Shown piece after piece: positions 1 to 9,084 of a DNA stretch of 62,619 nucleotides (within the stretch, counting starts at the first letter, position 1; each line of letters begins with the position of its first letter). A model generated the notes under the pieces. The model was not told the origin of the DNA, made no database searches, and saw only the letters and a list, made by a program, of their open reading frames with translations. This stretch comes from Poseidonia sp. (GTDB lineage: Archaea; Thermoplasmatota; Poseidoniia; Poseidoniales; Poseidoniaceae). A program made the translations under genes and the position numbers. The stretch spans positions 1 through 62,619 of the forward strand of contig JBMZJQ010000004.1 of NCBI GenBank assembly GCA_049617635.1. Direction: 5' to 3'.

Positions 1-3000
1 CCTCGAGCACCAACGGGGCTGGCGAAGCCGCGCCCAACAACCACGAAGGATGGGGTTTGGTGAACATGACGCAAGCCATCAACACCTCGTGGTTGCAAGG
101 CGAATCGGTCATCACCAACGCTGAGCGTGGTTGGTCGTTCAACGTCCCTGCAAACGCTGCTGACATCAACCTGGCGTTGTCGTGGACGGACCCCGCCTCA
201 ACCCCATCAGCGAGCACGAATCTCGTCAACGACCTGGATTTGGCCGTCAAGGACCCCTCGGGCACCTGGACGAACCTGAGCAACAACCTCGACAATCTTC
301 GAGGCATGACGTTGTCCTCCCCCGCTCAAGGGACGTGGGAAGTTCACGTCTTGGGCTCGAACGTGCCAACCGGACCGCAATTCTTTGCCCTCGCCATGAC
401 CGGCGACTACTCGCTCACCAACCTCACGCAAGACACCGACGGCGACGGTTACGAGGACGAGGATGACGACTGCAACCAAACAGCCGGGACCTCCACCATC
501 GACCGCACCGGGTGTCCAGACACCGACAACGACGGGTACTCCAATCCAGACGGGAGTTGGACCGTGAACAACGGCGCCGACGCCTTCCCCTCGGAGCCTA
601 CCCAGTGGGCCGATACGGATTTCGACGGTTACGGCGACAACAGTGCGGGTACCGAACCCGATGCATGCATCAACCTTGCTGGAAACTCAACAGGTGACCG
701 TTACGGCTGCACCGACAGCGACGGCGACGGGTTCTCCAACCCGGACAGCGGATGGACCACCGCCAACGGTGCAGACGCCTGTGCCTCCGTCTCGGGGCCC
801 TCGGATGAAGATCGCAACGGGTGCCCCGACCAAGACGGCGACGGGTACTCCGACCCCGACAGCGGATGGACCACGGCCAACGGAGCCGACGCGTTTCCCA
901 CCGATGACACGCAGTGGGTGGACAGCGACGGTGACGGCTACGGCGATAACCCTCCCCCTGCCACCACCGGTGACGGGTGTCCAACCAGCAGCGGCACATC
1001 AACACAGGACCGTTACGGATGTGCAGACACGGACGGCGACGGGTACTCCGACCCTGACGTGTTGTGGACCACGGCCAACGGCGCTGATGCCTTTGTCGCC
1101 GATGCGACCCAGTGGTCGGACGGTGACAGCGACGGCTACGGCGACAACGCCAGCGGCAACAATCCGGATGCTTGTCCCACGCAGTTTGGGACCTCGACCG
1201 AGGCTGGACGCTTGGGTTGCACGGACACGGATGGCGATGGATATGCCGACGTTGACGACGCCTTCCCCAGCGAAAGCACCCAGTGGGCAGACACCGACGG
1301 TGACGGTTACGGCGATGAGCTGACCGGCTACCAAGGCGATGCCTGTCCCTCAACCAGTGGAACGTCCTCGCGTGACCGTTTCGGCTGCACCGACACCGAT
1401 GGGGATGGTTCGTCCGACGGCGACGCCAATTGGACCAGCGCCAACGGAGCGGATGTGGCTCCCAACGACGCCACACAATGGCTTGACACGGACGGGGACG
1501 GCTACGGCGACAACCCCACGGGAACCAACGGCGATGCTTGCCCGTTGGTCAACGGCAATTCAACCAACGACCGACGAGGCTGTCCGGACACCGACGGTGA
1601 CGGCTATTCCGACCCGGACGCCTTGTGGACCACGGATGACGGTGCCGACGCCTATCCCAACGACCCGACTCGATGGGGAGACAACGACGGTGACGGTTAC
1701 GATGACGGGTTGGATGATGATTGCCCCACCCTGTTTGGTACCTCGATGCACGATCGCAAGGGGTGTCCCGACCAAGACGGGGACGGCTACTCCGACCCTG
1801 ACAGCGGGTGGACCACCGCCAACGGCGCAGACGCCTTCATGACCGATGCAACCCAATGGAACGATACCGACGGCGATGGCTACGGTGACAACCCAAGCGG
1901 TTCGTTACCGGATGCCTGTGTCAACACCTACGGTGAATCGTGGCAAAACGGGACGTTTGGTTGTCCGGATGGGGACGAGGACGGATGGGCCAACAGTCAG
2001 GACAGTCATCCCGACGAGCAATCGCAGTGGGCCGACACCGACGGCGACGGCTACGGCGACAACCCCGGCGGTGTCAACCCTGATTCTTGCGTGAACGATG
2101 CGGGAAATTCGACCCAAGGCAACCGCCTTGGCTGCCCCGACACCGACGGTGATGGTTGGGACGACACCATCGATGCCCTTCCCAACTTGGACACCCAATG
2201 GTTGGACCAAGACGGCGACGGCTACGGCGACAACGCCAGTGGCTTGCAGCCGGATGCTTGCCCGGGTGAAGCGGGAACATCCACCGAGGACCGCTACGGT
2301 TGTGTTGACGACGACGGGGACGGTTACTCCAACGCCTCCGATGCATTCCCAAGCGACCCCACGCGGTGGAACGACACCGACGGCGACGGGTTTGACGATG
2401 TGGAAGATGCATGCCCGCTCACGGCCGGTACATCCACCGAAGACCGCCTCGGTTGCGTGGACACGGACGGTGACGGTGTCTCCAACCCGAGCCCTCCTGC
2501 AGGGAACGACAGCGGATGGAACGCAAGCGATGGTGCCGATGCATTCCCCGATGACGCCACCCAGTTCAGCGACCAGGACTTCGATGGTTTTGGTGACAAC
2601 GCATCCGGACATCAACCGGATGCATGCCCCACCCAAGCCGGTGGTTCGACGGTCGACAGGTTTGGCTGCGTGGACGAAGACAGCGACGGAACATCCGACG
2701 ACAACGACGATTTCCTCGGCGATTCGACCCAGTGGTCGGACGGCGATAGCGACGGCTACGGTGACAATCCGAACGGTTCGCAACCCGATGCCTGTCCAAC
2801 CGAAGCCGGGACATCGACGCTGGATGGCTTCGGCTGCACCGACACGGACGGAGACGGAGCCAGCGATCTCAATGACCTCTGGCCCGGCGATGCTTCGCAA
2901 TGGTTTGACAGCGATGGTGACGGCTACGGCGATGAGGCGGCGGGAACCGACGGTGACGATTGTCCGGCGGAAAGCGGTGATTCAACGCAAGGTGGTGTGA

Positions 3001-3785
3001 TGGGCTGCCCCGATCAAGACGGTGATGGATGGGCCGATACGGTGGACGAGTTCCCCGACCAGCGCACCCAATACACCGATACAGACGGCGATGGATTTGG
3101 CGATAACGCCACGCTCGGCGCCTATCGACCGGACCACTGGCCCAACGATGCAACTCGCAACTCCGCCGAAGCGTCGATGACATGTTCCCCGACCACGATC
3201 ACCGTGGACCTGGCGGCGAGTGGATGGTTCTCGTTCACCTGCACGGTCAGCACCCAGATGAGCACAGCGTTCGCCGCCAACGTGGACTGGGAGGCGACCA
3301 CCAGCATTGCGGGTGAGACCTCGAACCATTTCCTGACCTTCACATCCAACACGGGCACCACGCAAACGGTCACGTTTTCGGGCACCGCGAAAGTGATGGG
3401 GACCCACGATCTGTTGTTGTCTGCTCGCGAGCCCGGGGCGAACTACCCCATGGATACCGTGACGGTCACGATCATCGCAAAAGACTCCAACGCACCGGTA
3501 ACCGTTCTTGACGAAGCCGAGGGTTCCCTGCTCACGATGGTGACGGACAACGTCATGTTGCAAGCCGGTCTTGCCGGTTTGGTCCTGTTTGTGCTGATGG
3601 GTGCACTGATGATGCGAGGACGTGCCAAGAACTCCAAAGAAACCCTGCGTCGAGAGCGTCGGTTGAGCGAACTTCGAGAACAGCATGGCATCACGGAATT
3701 GCCACAACGTGGCATGGTTCAACGACCACAAACGATGCCTCGTCCACCGTCGAATTCCATGTTCGATGAGTTCCGGAGAAGGTGA
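1..3785 (+). CDS. Secreted subtilisin-like (S8) protease C-terminal part fused to a long thrombospondin type-3-like calcium-binding repeat array, with a C-terminal TM anchor. The 5' end lies outside the window.
   Basis: The frame is open from nt 3 with no upstream stop. The first residues, ...PNNHEGWGLVN, match the G-x-G-x-V-N end of S8 catalytic domains. They are followed by the LALSWTDP...NDLDLAV beta-sandwich that commonly follows S8 domains. About 30 DxDGDGY(S/G)D(P/N) motifs occur with conserved CP...GC pairs. A hydrophobic segment (LAGLVLFVLMGALMM) is followed by a basic tail. Confidence 0.8.
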   Translation, partial: SSTNGAGEAAPNNHEGWGLVNMTQAINTSWLQGESVITNAERGWSFNVPANAADINLALSWTDPASTPSASTNLVNDLDLAVKDPSGTWTNLSNNLDNLRGMTLSSPAQGTWEVHVLGSNVPTGPQFFALAMTGDYSLTNLTQDTDGDGYEDEDDDCNQTAGTSTIDRTGCPDTDNDGYSNPDGSWTVNNGADAFPSEPTQWADTDFDGYGDNSAGTEPDACINLAGNSTGDRYGCTDSDGDGFSNPDSGWTTANGADACASVSGPSDEDRNGCPDQDGDGYSDPDSGWTTANGADAFPTDDTQWVDSDGDGYGDNPPPATTGDGCPTSSGTSTQDRYGCADTDGDGYSDPDVLWTTANGADAFVADATQWSDGDSDGYGDNASGNNPDACPTQFGTSTEAGRLGCTDTDGDGYADVDDAFPSESTQWADTDGDGYGDELTGYQGDACPSTSGTSSRDRFGCTDTDGDGSSDGDANWTSANGADVAPNDATQWLDTDGDGYGDNPTGTNGDACPLVNGNSTNDRRGCPDTDGDGYSDPDALWTTDDGADAYPNDPTRWGDNDGDGYDDGLDDDCPTLFGTSMHDRKGCPDQDGDGYSDPDSGWTTANGADAFMTDATQWNDTDGDGYGDNPSGSLPDACVNTYGESWQNGTFGCPDGDEDGWANSQDSHPDEQSQWADTDGDGYGDNPGGVNPDSCVNDAGNSTQGNRLGCPDTDGDGWDDTIDALPNLDTQWLDQDGDGYGDNASGLQPDACPGEAGTSTEDRYGCVDDDGDGYSNASDAFPSDPTRWNDTDGDGFDDVEDACPLTAGTSTEDRLGCVDTDGDGVSNPSPPAGNDSGWNASDGADAFPDDATQFSDQDFDGFGDNASGHQPDACPTQAGGSTVDRFGCVDEDSDGTSDDNDDFLGDSTQWSDGDSDGYGDNPNGSQPDACPTEAGTSTLDGFGCTDTDGDGASDLNDLWPGDASQWFDSDGDGYGDEAAGTDGDDCPAESGDSTQGGVMGCPDQDGDGWADTVDEFPDQRTQYTDTDGDGFGDNATLGAYRPDHWPNDATRNSAEASMTCSPTTITVDLAASGWFSFTCTVSTQMSTAFAANVDWEATTSIAGETSNHFLTFTSNTGTTQTVTFSGTAKVMGTHDLLLSAREPGANYPMDTVTVTIIAKDSNAPVTVLDEAEGSLLTMVTDNVMLQAGLAGLVLFVLMGALMMRGRAKNSKETLRRERRLSELREQHGITELPQRGMVQRPQTMPRPPSNSMFDEFRRR
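430..3110 (+). repeat. Coding tandem repeats (TSP3-like, roughly 90-aa double units)
   Basis: A recurrent unit of the form DTDGDGYSDPD..WTTANGADAFP.D.TQW.D.DGDGYGDN....PDACP...GTST.DR.GC is visible about 12-15 times in the translated ORF. Confidence 0.85.
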
Positions 3786-3845
3786 GCGAAAGGTGAGAAC
3801 CGATTCCCTCAAAGAGGGGAAGTTGGTGGCCGTACATACCACACT

Positions 3846-3917
3846 GCGGATATGGTGAAGTGGTTATCATCTGAGGTTTCCAACCTTATGTCGTGGGTTC
3901 GACTCCCGCTATCCGCA
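3846..3917 (+). tRNA. tRNA-Gly (anticodon UCC)
   Basis: A 72-nt cloverleaf was folded by hand. Acceptor stem GCGGATA/TATCCGC. D stem GTGA/TCAT. Anticodon stem TGAGG/CCTTA with loop TT-TCC-AA. T arm GTGGG-TTCGACT-CCCGC. Discriminator A, followed by genomic CC. Confidence 0.9.
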
Positions 3918-3995
3918 CCTCCTTGGTTGACCAAAGTGCGCCAGCCTTGCCATCCGTGCTCAACAAACATGAAAGGCTGAGGTGGAAAGCAACCC

Positions 3996-4673
3996 TTGCT
4001 CCTTTGGGCGGTGACGACCGTGGATTTCCTGCTTCTTTGTTTGTTGACCCTGTGGTTGTATTTACCTGGGTTCTTGGCCAACACCTTCGCCATGATGTGG
4101 GGGAAATGGTTGCCCAAAACCGGATACGGACCGTGGCCCATCGATGGAGGACGCACCATGAACGACGGCAACCGGATTCTCGGTGATGGCAAGACGTGGA
4201 ACGGTTTGATCGGCGGTTCGCTCACTTCGGGTCTGCTGTGCGTGCTGTTAGCAAGCCTGGTCAGTCTGGGAAGCATGGACACCGTGTTTGATGACGGTGC
4301 CACCGTGTTTGCGCATCCACTCACCGGCGCCGAAGATGCATGGTTCTTCATCGGCGGCCAAACAGGAGCAGCGTTCGTCCTCGGGACCTTTCTCGGGTTC
4401 ACCTGCCTGCTCGGTGACAGCACGGGCTCGTTCTTCAAACGCCGAAGGGGCCTGAAGCGAGAAGGAGATGTCTCCTCCAAGGCTCCGCTCTTGGACACCC
4501 TGCCCTTTGCCATCATGGTGTTCCTGTGCGGTCAACTGTTCCTTGGCCCGTCGGTGCTGGCGGCCGAACAACTTCGCCTGCCCATGGTGGCGGTGATTGT
4601 CATCACCCCGATATTGCACCGGTCGTTCAACCTCATCGGTTACAAGATCGGTTGGAAAGACGTCCCCTACTGA
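3996..4673 (+). CDS. carS: CDP-archaeol synthase (CDP-2,3-bis-O-geranylgeranyl-sn-glycerol synthase)
   Basis: Polytopic membrane protein with the CarS/DUF46-type motifs PGFLANT..., PIDGGRT and RILGDGKTWNGLIGG. A non-ATG (TTG/GTG) start is required because the first ATG lies inside the conserved N-terminal helix. Confidence 0.8.
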   Translation: MLLWAVTTVDFLLLCLLTLWLYLPGFLANTFAMMWGKWLPKTGYGPWPIDGGRTMNDGNRILGDGKTWNGLIGGSLTSGLLCVLLASLVSLGSMDTVFDDGATVFAHPLTGAEDAWFFIGGQTGAAFVLGTFLGFTCLLGDSTGSFFKRRRGLKREGDVSSKAPLLDTLPFAIMVFLCGQLFLGPSVLAAEQLRLPMVAVIVITPILHRSFNLIGYKIGWKDVPY

Positions 4674-4730
4674 GCCGTTGGGCCTGAGCACAAGGCCAAG
4701 CCCTATGAAGGCCAATTCAAACGGCAGAGC

Positions 4731-6146
4731 ATGACCCGTCCCTCCGCAGGCACCGTCCGAGCCTTGTTGCTCGTCTTCGTGATGCTGATGGCGCCGCTTT
4801 CGGGTTGTTTCGGGGAAGAGGAACCACCGTCCATCAACCTCAACGATGTGCTGACCATCGATGGCTCCCCCGCCGGTGATGTGGTGGTGCGTGCAGGTGA
4901 ATGGCACGACCTCTTGCTCATCGGCGAGGGGTTGCGAATCAGCGCGCCGGCTCACGACGTGCTGTTTTTCGTCAACGGTTCACTGGACATCGACAGTTCG
5001 GTGCCGGTTGACGGGGACCGCATTCTGCTCCAAATGCTCACCACGCCCTACGCGGAATCGGTTGAGTTGACCATTTATGCCAAAGACGGGACCAAGACCA
5101 CCTACACACCTGCGATTGAGAACGGGACGCCCATCGTCAGCGGCGAGGCGTGGTTCGAAAAGATGGATTACATCACCTGCGACACCCCATCCGACGATTG
5201 CGGCTCCTACAATTTCCGATGGATGGGGAGTCCCAACCCTCAATTTGAGCGAGCTGCCTCGTACTTCCAGGGTCATTTCGAAGGCTTGGGGTACGACACT
5301 CATTTGATGCGCGTGGTCGACACCCTCAACCCGACACAACCGGAATCCCTCAATGTCGTCGCTTGGAAACAAGGTCGCTCCGACGATTGTGTCCAGGGCA
5401 TGGGTGCTCACATGGACATCGCTCCGCCTGCTGGACCACCTGGAGGAGGGACGTGGGAAGGCGCCTACGACAACACGGCGGGTACGGTGGCCATCATGCT
5501 GTTCGCACAAGTGTTCGCCGAGATGGAGGTGGAATGTGACACCTTCCTTGCCCTTTGGTCCTCCGAAGAAGAAGGACTGCGTGGTTCCAACGCGTTCGCG
5601 AACAACGATTGTGATGCTTGTCTTCCCCAAGACAAGGAATTGCGGTTTTACATCAACATGGACATGATGGGCATTTCGTGGCCAGCGGTCAAGGAAAACG
5701 GCGATCCGTTTCCCTATCACGCATGGTCGGGACCTGATGTTGACCCTGAGGTTCAAGACGTGGCCATCACAAGCATCCTTGACCACGTCCACCGAAACGT
5801 GTTGAAAGCCCCGATGGATTTGCGAATCGATGGCAGTTACGGGGCTGGATGCGACCAGCACTGGGACAACCACAGCAACCTGGTGATGGACGTTCACGAG
5901 GACACCTTTGGTCGTTCAGACCATGTCACCTTCCGCAACCTGGGTGCTCAAACCATCTTCCATCTCGGCGCATACGACGAAGACTACTCGGCCTACCATT
6001 CACCGCAAGACACCCTTGAAAACATGGTCGCCGTGGTCGGTGGTCAAGAAAACCTGGAAACCAGTATTCAGTTCGTGCTGTGGGCGGCCATGCTCGAATT
6101 CTTTTTCGCAGACCAAACCCCCGAAATTCGCAACGTCAACGCTTGA
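4731..6146 (+). CDS. Secreted/lipoprotein M28-family metallo-aminopeptidase
   Basis: Signal peptide with a lipobox-like LSGC. M28 motifs GAHMDI, GAYDNTAGT and WSSEEEGLRGSNAF. Confidence 0.85.
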   Translation: MTRPSAGTVRALLLVFVMLMAPLSGCFGEEEPPSINLNDVLTIDGSPAGDVVVRAGEWHDLLLIGEGLRISAPAHDVLFFVNGSLDIDSSVPVDGDRILLQMLTTPYAESVELTIYAKDGTKTTYTPAIENGTPIVSGEAWFEKMDYITCDTPSDDCGSYNFRWMGSPNPQFERAASYFQGHFEGLGYDTHLMRVVDTLNPTQPESLNVVAWKQGRSDDCVQGMGAHMDIAPPAGPPGGGTWEGAYDNTAGTVAIMLFAQVFAEMEVECDTFLALWSSEEEGLRGSNAFANNDCDACLPQDKELRFYINMDMMGISWPAVKENGDPFPYHAWSGPDVDPEVQDVAITSILDHVHRNVLKAPMDLRIDGSYGAGCDQHWDNHSNLVMDVHEDTFGRSDHVTFRNLGAQTIFHLGAYDEDYSAYHSPQDTLENMVAVVGGQENLETSIQFVLWAAMLEFFFADQTPEIRNVNA

Positions 6147-6190
6147 GGGACTGAACGAATCTTCATCAATGAAACGACCAACTTTGCGTT

Positions 6191-7840
6191 GTGGATGTGA
6201 TGCAGGACCACCACGCCCCCGAGGAACAAGAACATCCATCCTCCATCAGAGGTGGTGTTTTCGCCCTTGGTGTTGGCTTCCTGTTGGCCTACAGCGAGAT
6301 GATTGTTCTCTTGCTTTCTGGCAAAGACCTTGTTGATGCCGTTTGGCCCCATGCCGTACGCTCGCTCGAATGGACCATGATGCTTCGCTCCAACCCGACG
6401 GTGCCCCTGAGCCTGATGCTGGTGTTGGCCGCAGCGTGCTATGGTGTTCGGGCCTCCACCAACCACCGACCCGCTGTTCAGGAGCGCGTGCACATCGCTC
6501 TGAACGTGGCGATCGGCCTGGTGCTGGGGCTCATTGCGCTTCACCTCATCATGGACGTGTTCTACCTTCGAGGCGCCTTCCTGCTTCTGCCCACCCTGCT
6601 TGGGTGGACATTGGCCTGCTTGCTCCTCGCAAGAGCCGGGGCACCCACTTGGCGCACCTTGGACACCGATGCGGTGGCTTGGCCCCGTGTGGCCCATCTT
6701 TTGGGCGTGTTTTTCGCAGCATGGCTGGTCATGCCTGGCGTACCTGCCGTGGTCGGCTTTGCGCCCTCACCACCCGACCGTCCTTCCCTCGGCTACGGCT
6801 CAAACCCAGGGCCCTATGACACGGTTCAGTTCAGTTCCCCCTACACCCTACCGGAGGCCGTGATAGCGGTGCAGGGAGGACTTGAGGACGACATCGATTT
6901 CAGCGTCTACGTGACCCTTCCGGTGCTTCCTGATGATTCACCCGTCACCCATCTTCCACTGGCGATTCTTCTCCACGGCTTTGGGTATCCAGACGTCAAC
7001 GCCTACCAAGCGTGGACCACCCACCTCGCTGCAAAAGGCATGGTGGTCGCCTTCATTCAGTACCCCTCAGACCTCCGTCCGCCAGGACACGAAGACCTTG
7101 ACGAACAAGACGAACAAGGGACCTCCAATTTCCTCCAGCACACCTACCGAAACCTTTCGCTACGGGCTGGAATGGCACATCTTGACGAGATGTTGTTCGG
7201 TACGCAACGAGCCTCGAATGTCGACGCACACCTTGGAGAGGTCATCATCGACCCCAGCACCCTGTGGTTGGGGGGTCACAGTTTGGGTGCTGCCTACACC
7301 TTCCTGACCTTGGACGAATCGTTGCGCCGTGGGTGGGGCCAGCATGCGATGGTGGTGGCGTTGGAGTCGCCTGCAAGCCGGCCCATGCAAACCGACCTGC
7401 AACCAAACTTGAGCGGCTTGCCAAGCGAGATGCTGGTGCAAATTGGCGTCACTCAGGACGACATGAGCGTCGGTATGTGCCCGGGTGCCTTCCATCAGCA
7501 AATGTTCGCCTCGCTGCCCACTGAACGCAACCAATTGATCGAGGTTCAGTCGGACAAATACGGCTTTCCACGTCTGGTTGCAAGCCACTACCTCCAAACC
7601 GACCCTGCCCACGACACCTTGTCGGATTGGAGCTTTTACCGGCGCATTGACGCCCAAGCCGACTACTTGGTCGCTCAGGCCCGAAACGACACCTTCACTG
7701 CGGATTGGGCGTTTCAGTACATGACCGATGAATCGATGCTCACCAACATGGGAACGTGGTCCGATGGTGTACCCGTTTTGCCGTTAAAACTTCATCACGA
7801 TGCCATCAACACCAACCCCTCGTTCAAGGGGTGCGAATGA
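6191..7840 (+). CDS. Membrane-anchored alpha/beta-hydrolase (lipase/esterase-like)
   Basis: The N-terminal ~190 aa has several hydrophobic helices. The C-terminal domain has LLHGFG and a nucleophile elbow GGHSLGA (GxSxG). Confidence 0.7.
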   Translation: MDVMQDHHAPEEQEHPSSIRGGVFALGVGFLLAYSEMIVLLLSGKDLVDAVWPHAVRSLEWTMMLRSNPTVPLSLMLVLAAACYGVRASTNHRPAVQERVHIALNVAIGLVLGLIALHLIMDVFYLRGAFLLLPTLLGWTLACLLLARAGAPTWRTLDTDAVAWPRVAHLLGVFFAAWLVMPGVPAVVGFAPSPPDRPSLGYGSNPGPYDTVQFSSPYTLPEAVIAVQGGLEDDIDFSVYVTLPVLPDDSPVTHLPLAILLHGFGYPDVNAYQAWTTHLAAKGMVVAFIQYPSDLRPPGHEDLDEQDEQGTSNFLQHTYRNLSLRAGMAHLDEMLFGTQRASNVDAHLGEVIIDPSTLWLGGHSLGAAYTFLTLDESLRRGWGQHAMVVALESPASRPMQTDLQPNLSGLPSEMLVQIGVTQDDMSVGMCPGAFHQQMFASLPTERNQLIEVQSDKYGFPRLVASHYLQTDPAHDTLSDWSFYRRIDAQADYLVAQARNDTFTADWAFQYMTDESMLTNMGTWSDGVPVLPLKLHHDAINTNPSFKGCE

Positions 7841-8304
7841 GAACACATCTTCAAGACCTCAACAAACCAGGTTGCGTCATGGCCGAGGAAACCATGTCCC
7901 ACGACGTGAAAGCGTTGTGGAGGTACATCGGTGGCTCGGCGTTCCTTGCGTCCATGTGCTGTTTTCCCTCGGTGGTTTTGGTGCTCTTTGGCCTCGCCAG
8001 CGTCTCCACCGCCGCCGCCCTGTCCAACGATTTGTATTGGGGAACAAACGGCATGGGATGGTTTCGTCCCGCCCTGATGACAGCGAGCGCAGGAATGGTG
8101 CTTGTCGGTCTCGTCCTTTACTTCAGAAACCAAGGCATCTGCACCTTGGACGATGCCAAACGGCAACGACGTCGTATCGTCAACACCTCGCTCATGGTGT
8201 TCTCGTTGGCCACCTTGATCTACATCCTGTTCAACTTCGTCATCCTCACCGAAATCGGCATTGCGCTCGACCTGCCATGGGAGAGCAGCCGGTTGTGGAC
8301 GTGA
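7837..8304 (+). CDS. Small polytopic membrane protein with an intramembrane CC motif (MerT/MerF-like?)
   Basis: Its ATG overlaps the stop of the upstream hydrolase (ATGA at 7837-7840). It has 3-4 predicted TM helices. The SMCCFPSVVLVLFG motif resembles the vicinal-Cys helix of mercury/metal transporters. Function not established. Confidence 0.45.
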   Translation: MRTHLQDLNKPGCVMAEETMSHDVKALWRYIGGSAFLASMCCFPSVVLVLFGLASVSTAAALSNDLYWGTNGMGWFRPALMTASAGMVLVGLVLYFRNQGICTLDDAKRQRRRIVNTSLMVFSLATLIYILFNFVILTEIGIALDLPWESSRLWT

Positions 8305-9084
8305 TCAGGCGTTGTTGCGCTGGGTTTTGCATCCCACGCCCCAATCCGGTTGAGCAGCCATCGCCCGACGAGTGGCTTCAAGCAACACGTCCTCTGGCGT
8401 GGCTTCGCTTGGTGTTGAGGGGGTCATAGCAAGGGATAAATGGTATTCATTTTCCACCCAATATACCAATTGGATTTTTGAATTTCCAATTGAAATTTCA
8501 CATTCTTCTAACCCAATTGGAATTTCAATTTCTCGTGGATTGAGGTGCATCCCGAGACCGAGTGATTTCTGCACCGCTTCTTTGGCGGTCCACGACACCA
8601 TGGCCGATGCTGGGTGTTCTTGCAAGGCAGCAAGTTCCCGCCCTTTTGCCATCATGTCGTAGGCGTTCGACGCAAGTGTTCGTGTCAGCGGTTCAGCATC
8701 GATGCCCACACGGTGACTCGGCGGGCTGAGCGCAACGAACACACGACCGTGGCTGTGGGCGATGGAGACATGGGGCAGTGGTGTTCGTTTCCAAACCCCC
8801 TGAATGTAGTTGAGGTACGGTGCTCGATGCTCGGTACGATGGACCTCAAGACACGACAGGTCGTCAATACCCCAGCGATGCAAGGCCAGACCCAGCAACC
8901 AGCGGCCGCTCAGGTGTTCATCCATGCGCTTCTGTGTGACGAAGGTCGCCACTTCGTTGGCATCAGCGAGAGGCACATCACCGGGTGCGTGGTGATGCAG
9001 GGGAGCCGACAGAACGAGAAGCCCATCGTGCTTCAACGGAGGTGCGTGTTGGACGATGCCGTCCATGTCCTCACCGTTGGTCAT
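8305..9084 (-). CDS. Sfp-type 4'-phosphopantetheinyl transferase (PfaE-like)
   Basis: Motifs HRVGIDAEP (GxD-x-E) and WTAKEAVQKSLG (W-x-x-KE-x-x-x-K). The start overlaps the megasynthase stop by 4 nt (9081-9084). Confidence 0.85.
   Translation of the reverse strand: MTNGEDMDGIVQHAPPLKHDGLLVLSAPLHHHAPGDVPLADANEVATFVTQKRMDEHLSGRWLLGLALHRWGIDDLSCLEVHRTEHRAPYLNYIQGVWKRTPLPHVSIAHSHGRVFVALSPPSHRVGIDAEPLTRTLASNAYDMMAKGRELAALQEHPASAMVSWTAKEAVQKSLGLGMHLNPREIEIPIGLEECEISIGNSKIQLVYWVENEYHLSLAMTPSTPSEATPEDVLLEATRRAMAAQPDWGVGCKTQRNNA

Noticed and set aside
3540-3785. C-terminal hydrophobic segments of the exported proteins as PGF-CTERM/archaeosortase sorting signals.
   Set aside because: No PGF (or PEF) tripeptide precedes the helices. 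The helices are followed by long cytoplasmic tails of 40-70 aa rather than a short basic terminus.
3786-3995. tRNA-Gly as an integration site for a genomic island containing the lipid cluster.
   Set aside because: No integrase, no direct repeat of the tRNA 3' end and no obvious compositional break could be seen by eye. The flanking genes (carS, peptidases) look like ordinary chromosomal genes.
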